A DNA stretch of 64,000 bases, taken from an uncultured bacterium (GTDB lineage Bacteria > CAZDME01 > JAYEMH01). This document shows positions 38,045 to 47,456 of the stretch, in pieces. Location of the stretch: positions 16-64,015 of the forward strand of contig CAZDKO010000002.1 of NCBI GenBank assembly GCA_964506075.1, written 5' to 3'. The notes beneath the pieces were generated by a model. It did no database searches and was not told where the DNA came from. It was given only the letters and a program-made list of their open reading frames with translations. The position numbers and the translations under genes were made by a program. Position 1 is the stretch's first letter. Every line of letters begins with the position of its first letter.

Positions 38045-39042
38045 TAAAAATTTCAAAAAAAGCCGTCATAATTTTTAAAGTTATCCTGACCGTGGCCTTA
38101 ATTGCTTTTCTGTTAAAAAGAGTAGATATGGGTGAAGTGTTGAGTTTGATTAAGCAGGTCAAGGTGGAATATCTTTTTTTAAGCGGGATATTGTATATTT
38201 TTTTCATGCTCGTAGCGGCTTACCGCTGGCAGTGCCTTTTGAATATCCAGAAGATTAAAATCGGCTTAGGGAAAGTTATCCGGTTAACTTTTATGGGCTA
38301 TTTTTTCAATAATTTTTTGCCGACCACAGTCGGGGGGGACGTGGTCAAAGGGTATCTGGTCTCCCGGGATACGAAAAAAGTCGCCGAATCATACGTATCC
38401 ATTCTGATGGACCGGGTCACGGGCCTGGGCGGCCTGGTTTTACTGGCGGTATTGGTAATTTTATTTATTCCCACGGTCAGTATCAACCGGAATATAATTT
38501 ATCTGGTCTGGGGATGCTTTGTCTGTTTTGTGGTCTTACTTATTATTTCAACGGTGGGCGGTAAGTTTTTCGGGAAAAAACTCGGCTGGTTGAAACGCCT
38601 TGCCCGGAAACTTAAAATTGAAGATAAAATAACAAAGGTGTATAATATTTTTTATACGCATAAAGAGTATAAAGGGGTGCTTGTAAAGACAATCTTTTTA
38701 TCGCTGATAATCCAGGTAACTTTTATTTTCATTAACTATTTGCTGGTGAGAGGATTGCCGCTTAACCGGGATATTCCGATCGGTTACTTTTTTATCTATA
38801 CCCCCACCATCGCTTTAATAAGCAGTTTGCCGGTTACTATTAACGGAATAGGAGTGAGAGAAAATCTTTACGTGGAATTTTTCGGCGGTATTTTAGGTAA
38901 GGATGCTGCCGGTTCTCTTTCCATTCTCCTGCTTCTTTTCTTATGGGCGGCCGGTTTAATCGGCGGGGTTTACTATCTTTTTTCTAATTTCCGGTCAACC
39001 CCGATTAAAACTTTAGTGGAAAAAGAGGAGCTGAATCTATGA
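38041..39042 (+). CDS. Flippase-like / lysylphosphatidylglycerol-synthase TM-region family membrane protein (UPF0104)
   Basis: About 8 TM helices with YRWQCLL and FFNNFLPTTVGGDVVKGY. Confidence 0.7.
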   Translation: MIKISKKAVIIFKVILTVALIAFLLKRVDMGEVLSLIKQVKVEYLFLSGILYIFFMLVAAYRWQCLLNIQKIKIGLGKVIRLTFMGYFFNNFLPTTVGGDVVKGYLVSRDTKKVAESYVSILMDRVTGLGGLVLLAVLVILFIPTVSINRNIIYLVWGCFVCFVVLLIISTVGGKFFGKKLGWLKRLARKLKIEDKITKVYNIFYTHKEYKGVLVKTIFLSLIIQVTFIFINYLLVRGLPLNRDIPIGYFFIYTPTIALISSLPVTINGIGVRENLYVEFFGGILGKDAAGSLSILLLLFLWAAGLIGGVYYLFSNFRSTPIKTLVEKEELNL

Positions 39043-39194
39043 TACAGAAAGAACTTTTAAATATCCTGGCGTGTCCTTCCTGTAAGGGCGCGGTAAAAGA
39101 GGAAGATAATAAAATAGTCTGCCAGAAATGCGGGTTAAAATATCCGGTCAGAGACGGCATTCCGGTAATGCTGATTGATGAAGCGGAGAAGTAA
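39039..39194 (+). CDS. Trm112/YcaR-family small zinc-ribbon protein (not in ORF track, 51 aa)
   Basis: Hand translation gives MIQKELLNILACPSCKGAVKEEDNKIVCQKCGLKYPVRDGIPVMLIDEAEK*. This is the classic LLxILxCPxCKG...GIPVML pattern. The ATG overlaps the upstream stop (ATGA). Confidence 0.7.
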   Translation: MIQKELLNILACPSCKGAVKEEDNKIVCQKCGLKYPVRDGIPVMLIDEAEK

Positions 39195-39541
39195 GCGGCT
39201 GATAGCGGATGGCAGATGGCTTATAGCAGATGGCACAAGGCTAATAAATTTAAAATATAAATGACGAATGACTAAATTCCCTGCCTGCCCTGTCCGCCCT
39301 GTCTGCCGGCAGGCAGGCGACAGGCGGGCGACAGACAGGCAGGAGACAAGGATAAATGTTTAAATGCTCAAATGAGCAAAATAGAATTTTTTCTGTTCTC
39401 TGTACTCTGGTTTCTGTTTTCTTATTAGTCATTTGATTATTCATTCGTCATTAGGCATTTGAGAATTAGACATTTAATTAAACTAGTCAACTGGCTAACC
39501 GGTCAACCGGATAACCGGCTAACCGACAAACGGAGGCATCA
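39195..39541. repeat. Intergenic block of nested short-word repeats and palindromes
   Basis: GATAGC/GATGGC words occupy 39195-39240. Outer arms AATGACGAATGACTA / TAGTCATT..CATTCGTCATT enclose the GC-rich palindrome 39280-39343. Four tandem 8-mers (CTAACCGG TCAACCGG ATAACCGG CTAACCGA) lie at 39495-39526. Confidence 0.7.
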
Positions 39542-40015
39542 ATGGCTAACATTCTGCTGATTCACGGGCCTAATTTAAATCTTCTCGGTTCCAGAGAACC
39601 AGATATATACGGCAAAGTTAACCTGGATGATATTAATAAAAATCTTACTTTAATGGCCCGGAAAGAAAAGGATGAAATTAAAATCATCCAGTCCAATCAC
39701 GAAGGGGAAATCGTGGAAGAAATCGGCAAAAACAAAAGCTGGGCCGATGTATTAATCATTAATCCGGCGGCTTATACTCATACCAGCGTCGCCATCAGGG
39801 ACGCTATTTTAGCCACCCGGATACCGGCCATTGAAGTTCACCTGAGCAATATTTACGCCCGGGAAGAGTTCCGTCATCAGTCTTTAATTGCACCGGTATG
39901 TGTCGGACAGATAAGCGGCTTTGGCGAGGCGAGTTATTATCTGGCTATGGAAGCGGCCCGTAAGATAATCAGGAAAAGTGAAAATCAAAAACCAAAAACA
40001 AAAAAATCTCTTTGA
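39542..40015 (+). CDS. aroQ: Type II 3-dehydroquinate dehydratase
   Basis: ILLIHGPNLNLLGSREPDIYG, QSNHEGE and INPAAYTHTSVA. Confidence 0.9.
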   Translation: MANILLIHGPNLNLLGSREPDIYGKVNLDDINKNLTLMARKEKDEIKIIQSNHEGEIVEEIGKNKSWADVLIINPAAYTHTSVAIRDAILATRIPAIEVHLSNIYAREEFRHQSLIAPVCVGQISGFGEASYYLAMEAARKIIRKSENQKPKTKKSL

Positions 40016-41051
40016 GAAAATAAAAAAAGCCGATTTAGACGCTTTTTTCACCGCTGATAGCCAGAATATAAAATACCTGACCGATTTTGCCAGTCAGGAC
40101 GGAGTGTTGCTGGTTACCAAAGAGGAAATGTATTTTTTTACCAGCTCCTGCGAGCTGGAAGAGGCAAAAGCGCACCTTGCTTCGGGGAAAGTTCTTCAGC
40201 GCCGCCGGGGTGAATGGCTTTTTTTAAAAGAGTTCATGGCGAAGAAAAGAATCAGGCGTCTGGGTTTTGAAGAGCATCATCTATCCCTGGCCGGTTTTAA
40301 AACGCTTAAGAAAAATATTACTAAATGCCGCTTGAAAGGGACCGACGGTTTTATTGAAGAATTACGGGTCGTTAAATCCGCGGATGAGGTGGCCCGGATA
40401 AAAGAAGCCATTACCATTACCGAAAATATTATTTTAAAAATTAAGCGTTATTTCAAAACCGGTTGCTCGGAAAAAGATATTTTAAAAAGACTTCTGGAAT
40501 TTATCGCCCGCTCGGGCGTTAAACCGGCTTTTAATCCCATTGTGGCTTTTAATTCACATACGGCAATTCCGCACGCCGAAGCCGGGGAGAGACGTCTTAA
40601 GCGGGGAGACCTGGTTCTTATTGATATCGGGGTGGATTTTAAAGGCTATAAATCCGATTTAACCCGGACTTTTGTCTTCGGGAAATTAAATCCGCGGCAG
40701 GAAAAAATTTATAACCTGGTTTTAAGGGCCCAGAATCATATGTCTCAATGGATTAAACCGGGAATGTCAATTATGACGGTCGAAAAAGAAGCCCATGATT
40801 ATTTTAAAGCATCCGGTCTGGCTGACTATTTTTCCCATTCGGTCGGACACGGCATAGGATTAGAAGTGCATGAACGGCCCTTCTTTTCCCTTAAAAATAA
40901 GGGTAAATTAATACCCGGGATGGTTTTTGTTCTTGAACCGGCGCTCTATTTACCGGGGTGGGGGGGGATAAGAATTGAAGATGATTTTCAGCTTACGGAA
41001 AAAGGATGTCGGAAATTAAGTTCAATATCGGTTAAACCTTTAATCAATTAG
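39978..41051 (+). CDS. Xaa-Pro aminopeptidase (M24B)
   Basis: GTG start (uncertain; it overlaps aroQ by 38 nt). Metal ligand pattern DIGVDFKGYKSDLTRT, HSVGHGIGLEVHE and LEPALY...GIRIEDD. Confidence 0.8.
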   Translation: MKIKNQKQKNLFEKIKKADLDAFFTADSQNIKYLTDFASQDGVLLVTKEEMYFFTSSCELEEAKAHLASGKVLQRRRGEWLFLKEFMAKKRIRRLGFEEHHLSLAGFKTLKKNITKCRLKGTDGFIEELRVVKSADEVARIKEAITITENIILKIKRYFKTGCSEKDILKRLLEFIARSGVKPAFNPIVAFNSHTAIPHAEAGERRLKRGDLVLIDIGVDFKGYKSDLTRTFVFGKLNPRQEKIYNLVLRAQNHMSQWIKPGMSIMTVEKEAHDYFKASGLADYFSHSVGHGIGLEVHERPFFSLKNKGKLIPGMVFVLEPALYLPGWGGIRIEDDFQLTEKGCRKLSSISVKPLIN

Positions 41052-41069
41052 AATGGCGAGCGTATAGAT

Positions 41070-41627
41070 ATGATTACTCCAAATAGTTTTAAACGCGGGA
41101 TGGTGATAGAATTAAATAATGAACTTTTTGAAATCCAGGATTTTTCCTGGGTGAAACCGGGTAAAGGCGGCGCTTTTGCGCGGACCAAAATTAAAAATCT
41201 CAATACCGGGGCGATTACTGAAAAGATGTTTCGGACCGAAGAGAAAGTAGCCAAGGCCGACTTGAGCACTCTTTCACTGGAGTATCTTTATAAAGTGGAT
41301 GATTTATACCACTTTATGCATTTTGAAACCAATGATGAGTACGTTTTAACTGAAGAACAGCTGGGAGAAAAAGTTAATTTTATGCTTGAAAATCAGGAGG
41401 TGACCGGAAAGATTTATCAGGGCAGAATAATAGACGTGGAACTTCCGGCCTCGGTCATTTTAACCGTCAGCCATACTGAACCGGGAGTAAAAGGCAATAC
41501 GGTCAGCGGCGCCACCAAGGAAGCTATTCTTGAAACCGGACATAAAGTCCAGGTGCCCCTGTTTGTAAAAAATAACGATAAGATTAAAGTGGATACCCGC
41601 ACAGGGGAATACTTAAGCCGGGCGTAA
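41070..41627 (+). CDS. efp: Elongation factor P
   Basis: 185 aa with VKPGKGGAFARTKIKNL and the three-domain EF-P pattern. Confidence 0.95.
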   Translation: MITPNSFKRGMVIELNNELFEIQDFSWVKPGKGGAFARTKIKNLNTGAITEKMFRTEEKVAKADLSTLSLEYLYKVDDLYHFMHFETNDEYVLTEEQLGEKVNFMLENQEVTGKIYQGRIIDVELPASVILTVSHTEPGVKGNTVSGATKEAILETGHKVQVPLFVKNNDKIKVDTRTGEYLSRA

Positions 41628-41674
41628 GAAATTTTATTTTTCTGCGTTTTAAAAAGTTACAGGAGGGAGGATAA

Positions 41675-42145
41675 ATGGACCCTAAAACCAAAAAAGACAT
41701 TGAAGATATTATAGAGCTTTTTGAGAGGACCGACCTTAATGAGATTGAAGTGGAAAAAGAAGGGTTGAAAATTCGTTTACGAAAAGACCCTCCGTCGGTT
41801 ATAACCGCCTCTCCCGGTTATACTAAAATTACCGAAGAAAAAACGGCCGTCAAAGAAGAGAGTAAAGAAAAGAAAAAAGAAGAGGAAAGAAAAACGGAAG
41901 AAAATTTGGTTCCGATTAAAACCCCGATGGTAGGCAGTTTCTACCGCTCTCCGGCGCCGGATTCCGAGCCTTTTGTGGAAGTCGGCGATACGGTTGAACC
42001 GGAACAGATAGTTTGTATTATTGAAGCGATGAAACTGATGAATGAAATTAAATCCGAGATAAAGGGAAGAATCGTAAAAATTTTAGTAGAAGACGGCCAC
42101 CCGGTAGAATACGGACAGGTCTTGTTTCTGGTCCAGCCGGAATAA
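41675..42145 (+). CDS. accB: Acetyl-CoA carboxylase biotin carboxyl carrier protein
   Basis: Pro/Glu/Lys-rich linker followed by the biotinyl motif [12 protein letters not shown]. Confidence 0.9.
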   Translation: MDPKTKKDIEDIIELFERTDLNEIEVEKEGLKIRLRKDPPSVITASPGYTKITEEKTAVKEESKEKKKEEERKTEENLVPIKTPMVGSFYRSPAPDSEPFVEVGDTVEPEQIVCIIEAMKLMNEIKSEIKGRIVKILVEDGHPVEYGQVLFLVQPE

Positions 42146-42160
42146 ATAAAGGGATAAAAA

Positions 42161-43525
42161 ATGTTTAATAAAATTTTAATCGCTAACCGGGGCGAGATAG
42201 CTTTAAGGATTATCCGGGCCTGTAAGGAATTGGGGATAAGCACCGTGGCGGTTTATTCCGAAGCGGACGTTAATTCTCTCCACGTGCGCTATGCGGACGA
42301 AAGCATCTGCATCGGGCCTCCCCCCAGCAGCAGCAGTTATCTTTCTATCCCTAATATTATCAGTGCGGCGGAAGTAATGGATGTGGAGGCCATTCATCCC
42401 GGTTACGGCTTTCTGGCCGAAAACGCCCATTTTGCCGAAATCTGCGAATCCTGCGGGATAAAATTTATCGGCCCGACGGCGGAGAATATCCGGATGATGG
42501 GAAATAAAATAGAAGCCAGGCAAATAATGAAGAAAGCCGGTATCCCGGTCATTCCCGGCAGCGACGGCATAGTTAGGACCAAAGAGGAAGCTTTGATTAT
42601 CGCCAGGAAAATCGGGTATCCGATAATGATTAAAGCGGCGGCCGGCGGGGGAGGCCGGGGAATGCGAATTGCCCATAACGACGTCAGTTTAGCCAATGCT
42701 TTTATGACCGCCCAGGCCGAAGCGGATGCGGCTTTTAATAATACCGACCTTTATATTGAAAAGTGCATTCAGGAAGCCCGCCACATTGAATTTCAGATTT
42801 TAGCCGATAATTTCGGCAACATCGTTCATCTGGGAGAAAGAGAGTGCACCATTCAGAGACGTTATCAAAAACTGGTGGAGGAAGCTCCTTCGGTGGCTCT
42901 GGATAAGAAACTGAGAAGAAAGATGGGGGAGACGGCTTTACGCGCCGCTAAAGCCATAAAATATTCCACGGCCGGGACGATTGAATTTTTACTGGACGGG
43001 GAGGAGCATTTTTATTTTATGGAAATGAATACCCGTATCCAGGTGGAACATCCGGTGACGGAAATGGTGACCGGTCTGGATTTATTAAAAGAACAAATTC
43101 AGATTGCGCACGGAGAAAAATTAAAATACCATCAGGACCAGATAAGACTGAACGGCTGGGCCATTGAATGCCGCATTAACGCCGAGGACCCGGAGAATGA
43201 TTTTATTCCTTCCCCCGGAGAGATTACTTCTTATTATTTCCCGGGGGGGCTCGGTATCCGGATAGACAGCCACATTTATACGGGTTACCGGATTCCGCCT
43301 TTTTACGATTCTCTGATTGCCAAACTTATTGCTTATGGTTCCACCCGGGAGGAAGCCATTATGCGGATGCAGAGGGCTTTATCGGAAATTGAAGTTAACG
43401 GGGTGAAAACGACGATTCCCTGTCACCAGTCAATTTTAAACAATCCGCTTTTTATCCGCGGAAAAATTTCCGCCGGTTTTATTGATAGAGCCTGGACAGC
43501 CAGAGTGAAAACAGAGGAGGTTTAA
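42161..43525 (+). CDS. accC: Acetyl-CoA carboxylase biotin carboxylase
   Basis: [33 protein letters not shown] and [15 protein letters not shown]. Confidence 0.95.
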   Translation: MFNKILIANRGEIALRIIRACKELGISTVAVYSEADVNSLHVRYADESICIGPPPSSSSYLSIPNIISAAEVMDVEAIHPGYGFLAENAHFAEICESCGIKFIGPTAENIRMMGNKIEARQIMKKAGIPVIPGSDGIVRTKEEALIIARKIGYPIMIKAAAGGGGRGMRIAHNDVSLANAFMTAQAEADAAFNNTDLYIEKCIQEARHIEFQILADNFGNIVHLGERECTIQRRYQKLVEEAPSVALDKKLRRKMGETALRAAKAIKYSTAGTIEFLLDGEEHFYFMEMNTRIQVEHPVTEMVTGLDLLKEQIQIAHGEKLKYHQDQIRLNGWAIECRINAEDPENDFIPSPGEITSYYFPGGLGIRIDSHIYTGYRIPPFYDSLIAKLIAYGSTREEAIMRMQRALSEIEVNGVKTTIPCHQSILNNPLFIRGKISAGFIDRAWTARVKTEEV

Positions 43526-43528
43526 AAG

Positions 43529-43888
43529 ATGCAGGGTTCTTCAGAACTCGGGAAGGTAAAAATACGGAACGAAGTAGTCGGGGTTATGGCCGGGGTGGCC
43601 GCTATGGAAATTAAAGGGGTGGCCGGAATGAGCCGTGATTTTGTTAGCGGTCTGGCAGAATTGCTGGGTAAAAAAGACCTGGATAAAGGCATCAGGGTGC
43701 AGATAAGAGGCAATGAAGCGCGCCTGACGCTAAACATCATTATCCAGTACGGTTCAAGGATTCCTGAGGTGTCATATCAGGTTCAGGAGAACGTTAAAAA
43801 GACCGTGGAGAGGATGACCGGTTTAAATGTAACGGAGGTGTCCGTGAACATTCAGGGAATTAATATGGGAAAGAAAACCGGGGATTAA
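43529..43888 (+). CDS. Asp23/Gls24-family envelope stress protein
   Basis: 119 aa with GKVKIRNEVVGVMAGVAAMEIKGV and VSVNIQGI. Confidence 0.8.
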   Translation: MQGSSELGKVKIRNEVVGVMAGVAAMEIKGVAGMSRDFVSGLAELLGKKDLDKGIRVQIRGNEARLTLNIIIQYGSRIPEVSYQVQENVKKTVERMTGLNVTEVSVNIQGINMGKKTGD

Positions 43889-43902
43889 GAAAGGAGCGGA
43901 TA

Positions 43903-44472
43903 ATGAAAAATTTATACCAGTCATTTAAGGTGTTAATTCAGGTGATATTTCTTATCGCTTTCGGGTTCTATGCCCTGGCTTTTTCTTTGAACATTGACAG
44001 CGTCTTAAAGCCGATTGATTTTTTATACGGTACCCCTCGCGGGCGGTTGATTGTTATGGTTGTCGGCGCGCTTTCTATCCTGGCGAGCATCATAATGATT
44101 CTGGCCCAGTCAAAGGCTTCTTCGGAAAACAGGGCCATTTCTTTTGAGAATCCTTCAGGCAACGTTAAAATCAGTCTTACCGCCATTGAGGATTTTATCC
44201 GTAAGGTTGCTCTCCAGATTCCGGGTATCCACGATTTAAAGCCGATGGGTGTGGTCCGGAAAAATAAGATTATAGTCAATACCAAAGTGACCGTCTGGGG
44301 GAGCGAAAATCTTTTGAATATAAGCAGTAAAGCCCAGGAGGCGATAAAGTCATACCTGCAGGAAATACTGGGCGGAGACGAAAAGATTGAAATAAATATG
44401 CACGTGGTTAAAGTGCTTCAGGATGCCAGTAAATTAAAAGCGGCCGAGCCCGCAGAAACCCCAACGGAGTAA
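43903..44472 (+). CDS. Membrane anchor protein of the Asp23 system (AmaP-like)
   Basis: Two N-terminal TM helices followed by an Asp23-like soluble domain. It lies immediately downstream of the Asp23 gene. Confidence 0.55.
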   Translation: MKNLYQSFKVLIQVIFLIAFGFYALAFSLNIDSVLKPIDFLYGTPRGRLIVMVVGALSILASIIMILAQSKASSENRAISFENPSGNVKISLTAIEDFIRKVALQIPGIHDLKPMGVVRKNKIIVNTKVTVWGSENLLNISSKAQEAIKSYLQEILGGDEKIEINMHVVKVLQDASKLKAAEPAETPTE

Positions 44473-44478
44473 AACACT

Positions 44479-45057
44479 ATGGAGAAAAAAAAGATTATCC
44501 TTTCTTCGTTAGAGGAACGGATTAAAACGCTTAACGTAATTTGTCAGGATTCCGAATTAGTGGGGAAAATTGAAAAGGTCGTTGAATTAATCTGCGGGGC
44601 TTATCGTTCGGACAGAAAAGTCATTTTTATGGGTAACGGCGGCAGCGCTTCCCAGGCCCAGCATTTTGCCGCCGAACTTATCGGGCGGTTTAAGCTGGAA
44701 AGAAAAGCCCTTAAGTCTCTGGCCCTGACCGCCAACACCTCAATTTTAACCGCGGTCGGCAATGATTACGGTTTTGATAAAATTTTCTCGCGCCAGATTG
44801 AAGCCCTGGTTGAAGCCGGTGACATCGTTATCGGCCTTTCCACCAGCGGTAATTCACCGAACGTTATTGAAGGAATTAAATTAGCCAAAGAACTCGGGGC
44901 CGACGTCATCGGCTTTACCGGCGCCAGAGAAAATAAATTGACCGGACTGGTTGACGTCAATATAGCCGTGCCGTCCGAGCACACGCCGGAAATACAGGAA
45001 TTCCATCTTATGATTGGCCACCTTATCTGTGAAATGGTGGAAGCCACTCTTTTTTAA
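44479..45057 (+). CDS. gmhA: Phosphoheptose isomerase (SIS domain)
   Basis: FMGNGGSASQAQHFAAEL, NDYGFD and GLSTSGNSPN. Confidence 0.85.
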   Translation: MEKKKIILSSLEERIKTLNVICQDSELVGKIEKVVELICGAYRSDRKVIFMGNGGSASQAQHFAAELIGRFKLERKALKSLALTANTSILTAVGNDYGFDKIFSRQIEALVEAGDIVIGLSTSGNSPNVIEGIKLAKELGADVIGFTGARENKLTGLVDVNIAVPSEHTPEIQEFHLMIGHLICEMVEATLF

Positions 45058-45533
45058 TGATGAAAAAATTACTGCCTCTAAAAGAATTAGAAAAAAAAAT
45101 TAAAAGTTTAAAAGCCGGAGGTAAAAAGATAGTTTTTACCAACGGCTGTTTTGATATTATTCACGGCGGCCACGTCAAGTGCCTGGAAAAAGCCAAATCC
45201 TTAGGGGATATCCTGGTGGTAGCTTTAAATACCGACCAATCGGTAAAAAAACTTAAAGGGAAAAACCGGCCGCTTTTTCCGTTAAAAGAAAGAGCCCGGG
45301 TTTTAGGGGCTTTTGCCGACGTGGATTTTATCACCTGTTTTAATGAGGCCACGCCGATAAAGGTGATTAAGGCTTTAAAGCCGGATATTCTCATCAAAGG
45401 TTCTGATTATAAGGATAAGGAAATTGTCGGCGGGCAGTTTATTAAAAGCTACGGCGGTAAGGTCGTCAGGTTCCCCATCTACCGGAATTATTCCACCAGC
45501 AAAATTTTAGAGGAGATATTGAAAAATTTTTAA
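45057..45533 (+). CDS. D-glycero-beta-D-manno-heptose 1-phosphate adenylyltransferase (RfaE domain II-like cytidylyltransferase)
   Basis: VFTNGCFDIIHGGHVKCL (HxGH) and a 158-aa size. It is adjacent to gmhA. Confidence 0.8.
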   Translation: MMKKLLPLKELEKKIKSLKAGGKKIVFTNGCFDIIHGGHVKCLEKAKSLGDILVVALNTDQSVKKLKGKNRPLFPLKERARVLGAFADVDFITCFNEATPIKVIKALKPDILIKGSDYKDKEIVGGQFIKSYGGKVVRFPIYRNYSTSKILEEILKNF

Positions 45534-46179
45534 TCCAGGCGTTGATTACAGTTTATACGTTATTATAGACCGGCAGTACCTGCCGGAAGACCCCGTCCCT
45601 CTCGTTTTAAAAGTTATTGAAGGGGGCGCGACGGTTATTCAGTACCGGGATAAAATTAACCCTTCAAAATATTCTTTTAGCCTGGCGACGAAACTTTTTG
45701 AAGCGGCTAAAGAAAAAAAGATTCCTTTTGTGATTAATGACCGCGTTGATATCGCTATGTGCCTGGGAAATTACGCCGTTCACGTCGGCGATAAAGATAT
45801 GAAGGTGGCTTCGGTCCGTGCTATTTTGCCGCCCTTTGGACTGATTGGCCGGACGGCTCACAACTGGGAAGATGTCTACAGCGCCGAAAGGGAAGGGGCA
45901 AATTACGTGGGGCTGGGACCATTTTTCCCCACCCGAACCAAAAAGGATTGTCAGGAGATTGTCTCCAGGGAATTTGTAAAGGACGTGATGGCACACCTTA
46001 GAATCCCGGTGGTGGCGGTCGGCGGCATAAGTCTTCAGAACGTTGAGGAAGTGCTGGATATCGGGGTGGAAAACGTCGCCATCTGTTCGGATATTATGTT
46101 AGCCGAGGACCCGTATAAACAAACTAAACTGATTAAGGAAAAATTACTTAAAGCTAAAGAAAGAAAAAGACAGAAATGA
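45526..46179 (+). CDS. thiE: Thiamine-phosphate synthase; start codon non-canonical or unresolved
   Basis: The frame open from 45523 encodes ...LYVIIDRQYL...VIQYRDK...PFVINDRVDIA...HVGDKD...GANYVGLGPFFPTRTK...PVVAVGGI. The first ATG/GTG/TTG is at 45730, deep inside the domain. ATT at 45526 has an AGGAGA SD 9 nt upstream. Confidence 0.7.
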   Translation: MFNPGVDYSLYVIIDRQYLPEDPVPLVLKVIEGGATVIQYRDKINPSKYSFSLATKLFEAAKEKKIPFVINDRVDIAMCLGNYAVHVGDKDMKVASVRAILPPFGLIGRTAHNWEDVYSAEREGANYVGLGPFFPTRTKKDCQEIVSREFVKDVMAHLRIPVVAVGGISLQNVEEVLDIGVENVAICSDIMLAEDPYKQTKLIKEKLLKAKERKRQK

Positions 46180-47456
46180 CCCAGCTGGAAAAAGCGAAAA
46201 AAAATCAAATTACGAAAGAGATGAAAGAGGTGGCTAAAGATGAGGGCCTCCCGGTCTCTTATATTCTTGAAAACGTTAAAGAGGGGAAAATTGTCATCCC
46301 CAGTAATAAATTTAAAAGGCCCAGAAGGGTCTTTGGTATCGGCAAGGGCTTAAGGATTAAGGTTAATACTAATCTGGGGACTTCACCCGAAACTAATAAC
46401 CCGGCTTCAGAAATAGCTAAACTTAAATTAGCCCTGGCCAGAGGCACCCATACGGTGATGGATTTAAGCACTGGCGGTGACCTGGATAAAATGAGAAGAA
46501 AAATTCTGGATAAGTGCTGTGTCCCTTTAGGGACGGTGCCTATCTACCAGACGGTGGTTGAAGCTTTGAGAAAAAAAAGGGACCTCTCCAGTATCAAAAA
46601 AGAAGACATTTTTGCCGCTATAGAGAAGCAGGCTAAAGACGGCGTTGATTTTATGACCATTCACGCCGGGGTCAATCTGGAATCGGTTAAGCGCCTTCAA
46701 AAACAAAAAAGGTTAACCGCGGTGGTCAGCCGCGGCGGTTCTTTTTTAACTTCCTGGATATTGGCCAATAAAAAAGAAAATCCTCTTTACGAATATTTTG
46801 ACGAGTTGCTTTCTATCGCTTATAAGTATGACGTCACTTTAAGTCTGGGCGACGGGATGCGGCCGGGGTCTCTGGCTGATGCGACCGACCGGCCCCAGAT
46901 TCAGGAACTGATAATTTTAGGGGAACTGGCCGAACGGGCGCGGGAAAAAAATGTTCAGGTGATGATTGAAGGCCCGGGTCATATCCCTTTAAACCAGATA
47001 GAAGCCAACGTTTTACTGGAAAAATCTTTATGCCGGGAAGCCCCTTTTTACGTTCTTGGTCCTTTAGTTACGGACATTGCGCCCGGATACGACCATTTAA
47101 CTTCAGCCATCGGCGGAGCCATTGCCGGGGCGGCCGGGGCGGATTTTTTGTGTTACGTGACTCCTTCGGAACATTTACGCCTGCCGACGCTTGAAGACGT
47201 GGAAGAAGGGGTTATTGCCGCCCGTATCGCCGCTCACGCGGCCGATATCGCCCGGGGAGTAAAAGGGGCGATTGAATGGGACCATAAAATGAGTGTTTTA
47301 AGAGCGAAAAGAAAATGGCCGGAACAGATGAAACTGGCGATAAACCCGGATAAGGCCTTAAAATTCCGTAAAAAAAGCCGGCCGAAATTATCCGACGTCT
47401 GTACGATGTGCGGCAAATACTGTTCAATGAAAGGACTGGAAAAATGGCTGTCTTAA
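46176..47456 (+). CDS. thiC: Phosphomethylpyrimidine synthase
   Basis: TVMDLSTGG, IPLGTVPIYQ, MTIHAG, GPGH and the C-terminal cluster CTMCGKYCSMK. Confidence 0.9.
   Translation: MTQLEKAKKNQITKEMKEVAKDEGLPVSYILENVKEGKIVIPSNKFKRPRRVFGIGKGLRIKVNTNLGTSPETNNPASEIAKLKLALARGTHTVMDLSTGGDLDKMRRKILDKCCVPLGTVPIYQTVVEALRKKRDLSSIKKEDIFAAIEKQAKDGVDFMTIHAGVNLESVKRLQKQKRLTAVVSRGGSFLTSWILANKKENPLYEYFDELLSIAYKYDVTLSLGDGMRPGSLADATDRPQIQELIILGELAERAREKNVQVMIEGPGHIPLNQIEANVLLEKSLCREAPFYVLGPLVTDIAPGYDHLTSAIGGAIAGAAGADFLCYVTPSEHLRLPTLEDVEEGVIAARIAAHAADIARGVKGAIEWDHKMSVLRAKRKWPEQMKLAINPDKALKFRKKSRPKLSDVCTMCGKYCSMKGLEKWLS

Noticed and set aside
42203-42696. 157-aa and 97-aa antisense ORFs inside accC.
   Set aside because: accC on the plus strand has unambiguous motifs throughout. 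Antisense open frames are expected in this locally GC-richer stretch.
45534-46179. Looked for a TPP riboswitch upstream of thiE/thiC and a preQ1 riboswitch upstream of queD (11280-11292).
   Set aside because: There is no untranslated space. Both operons abut the preceding genes within a few nt.
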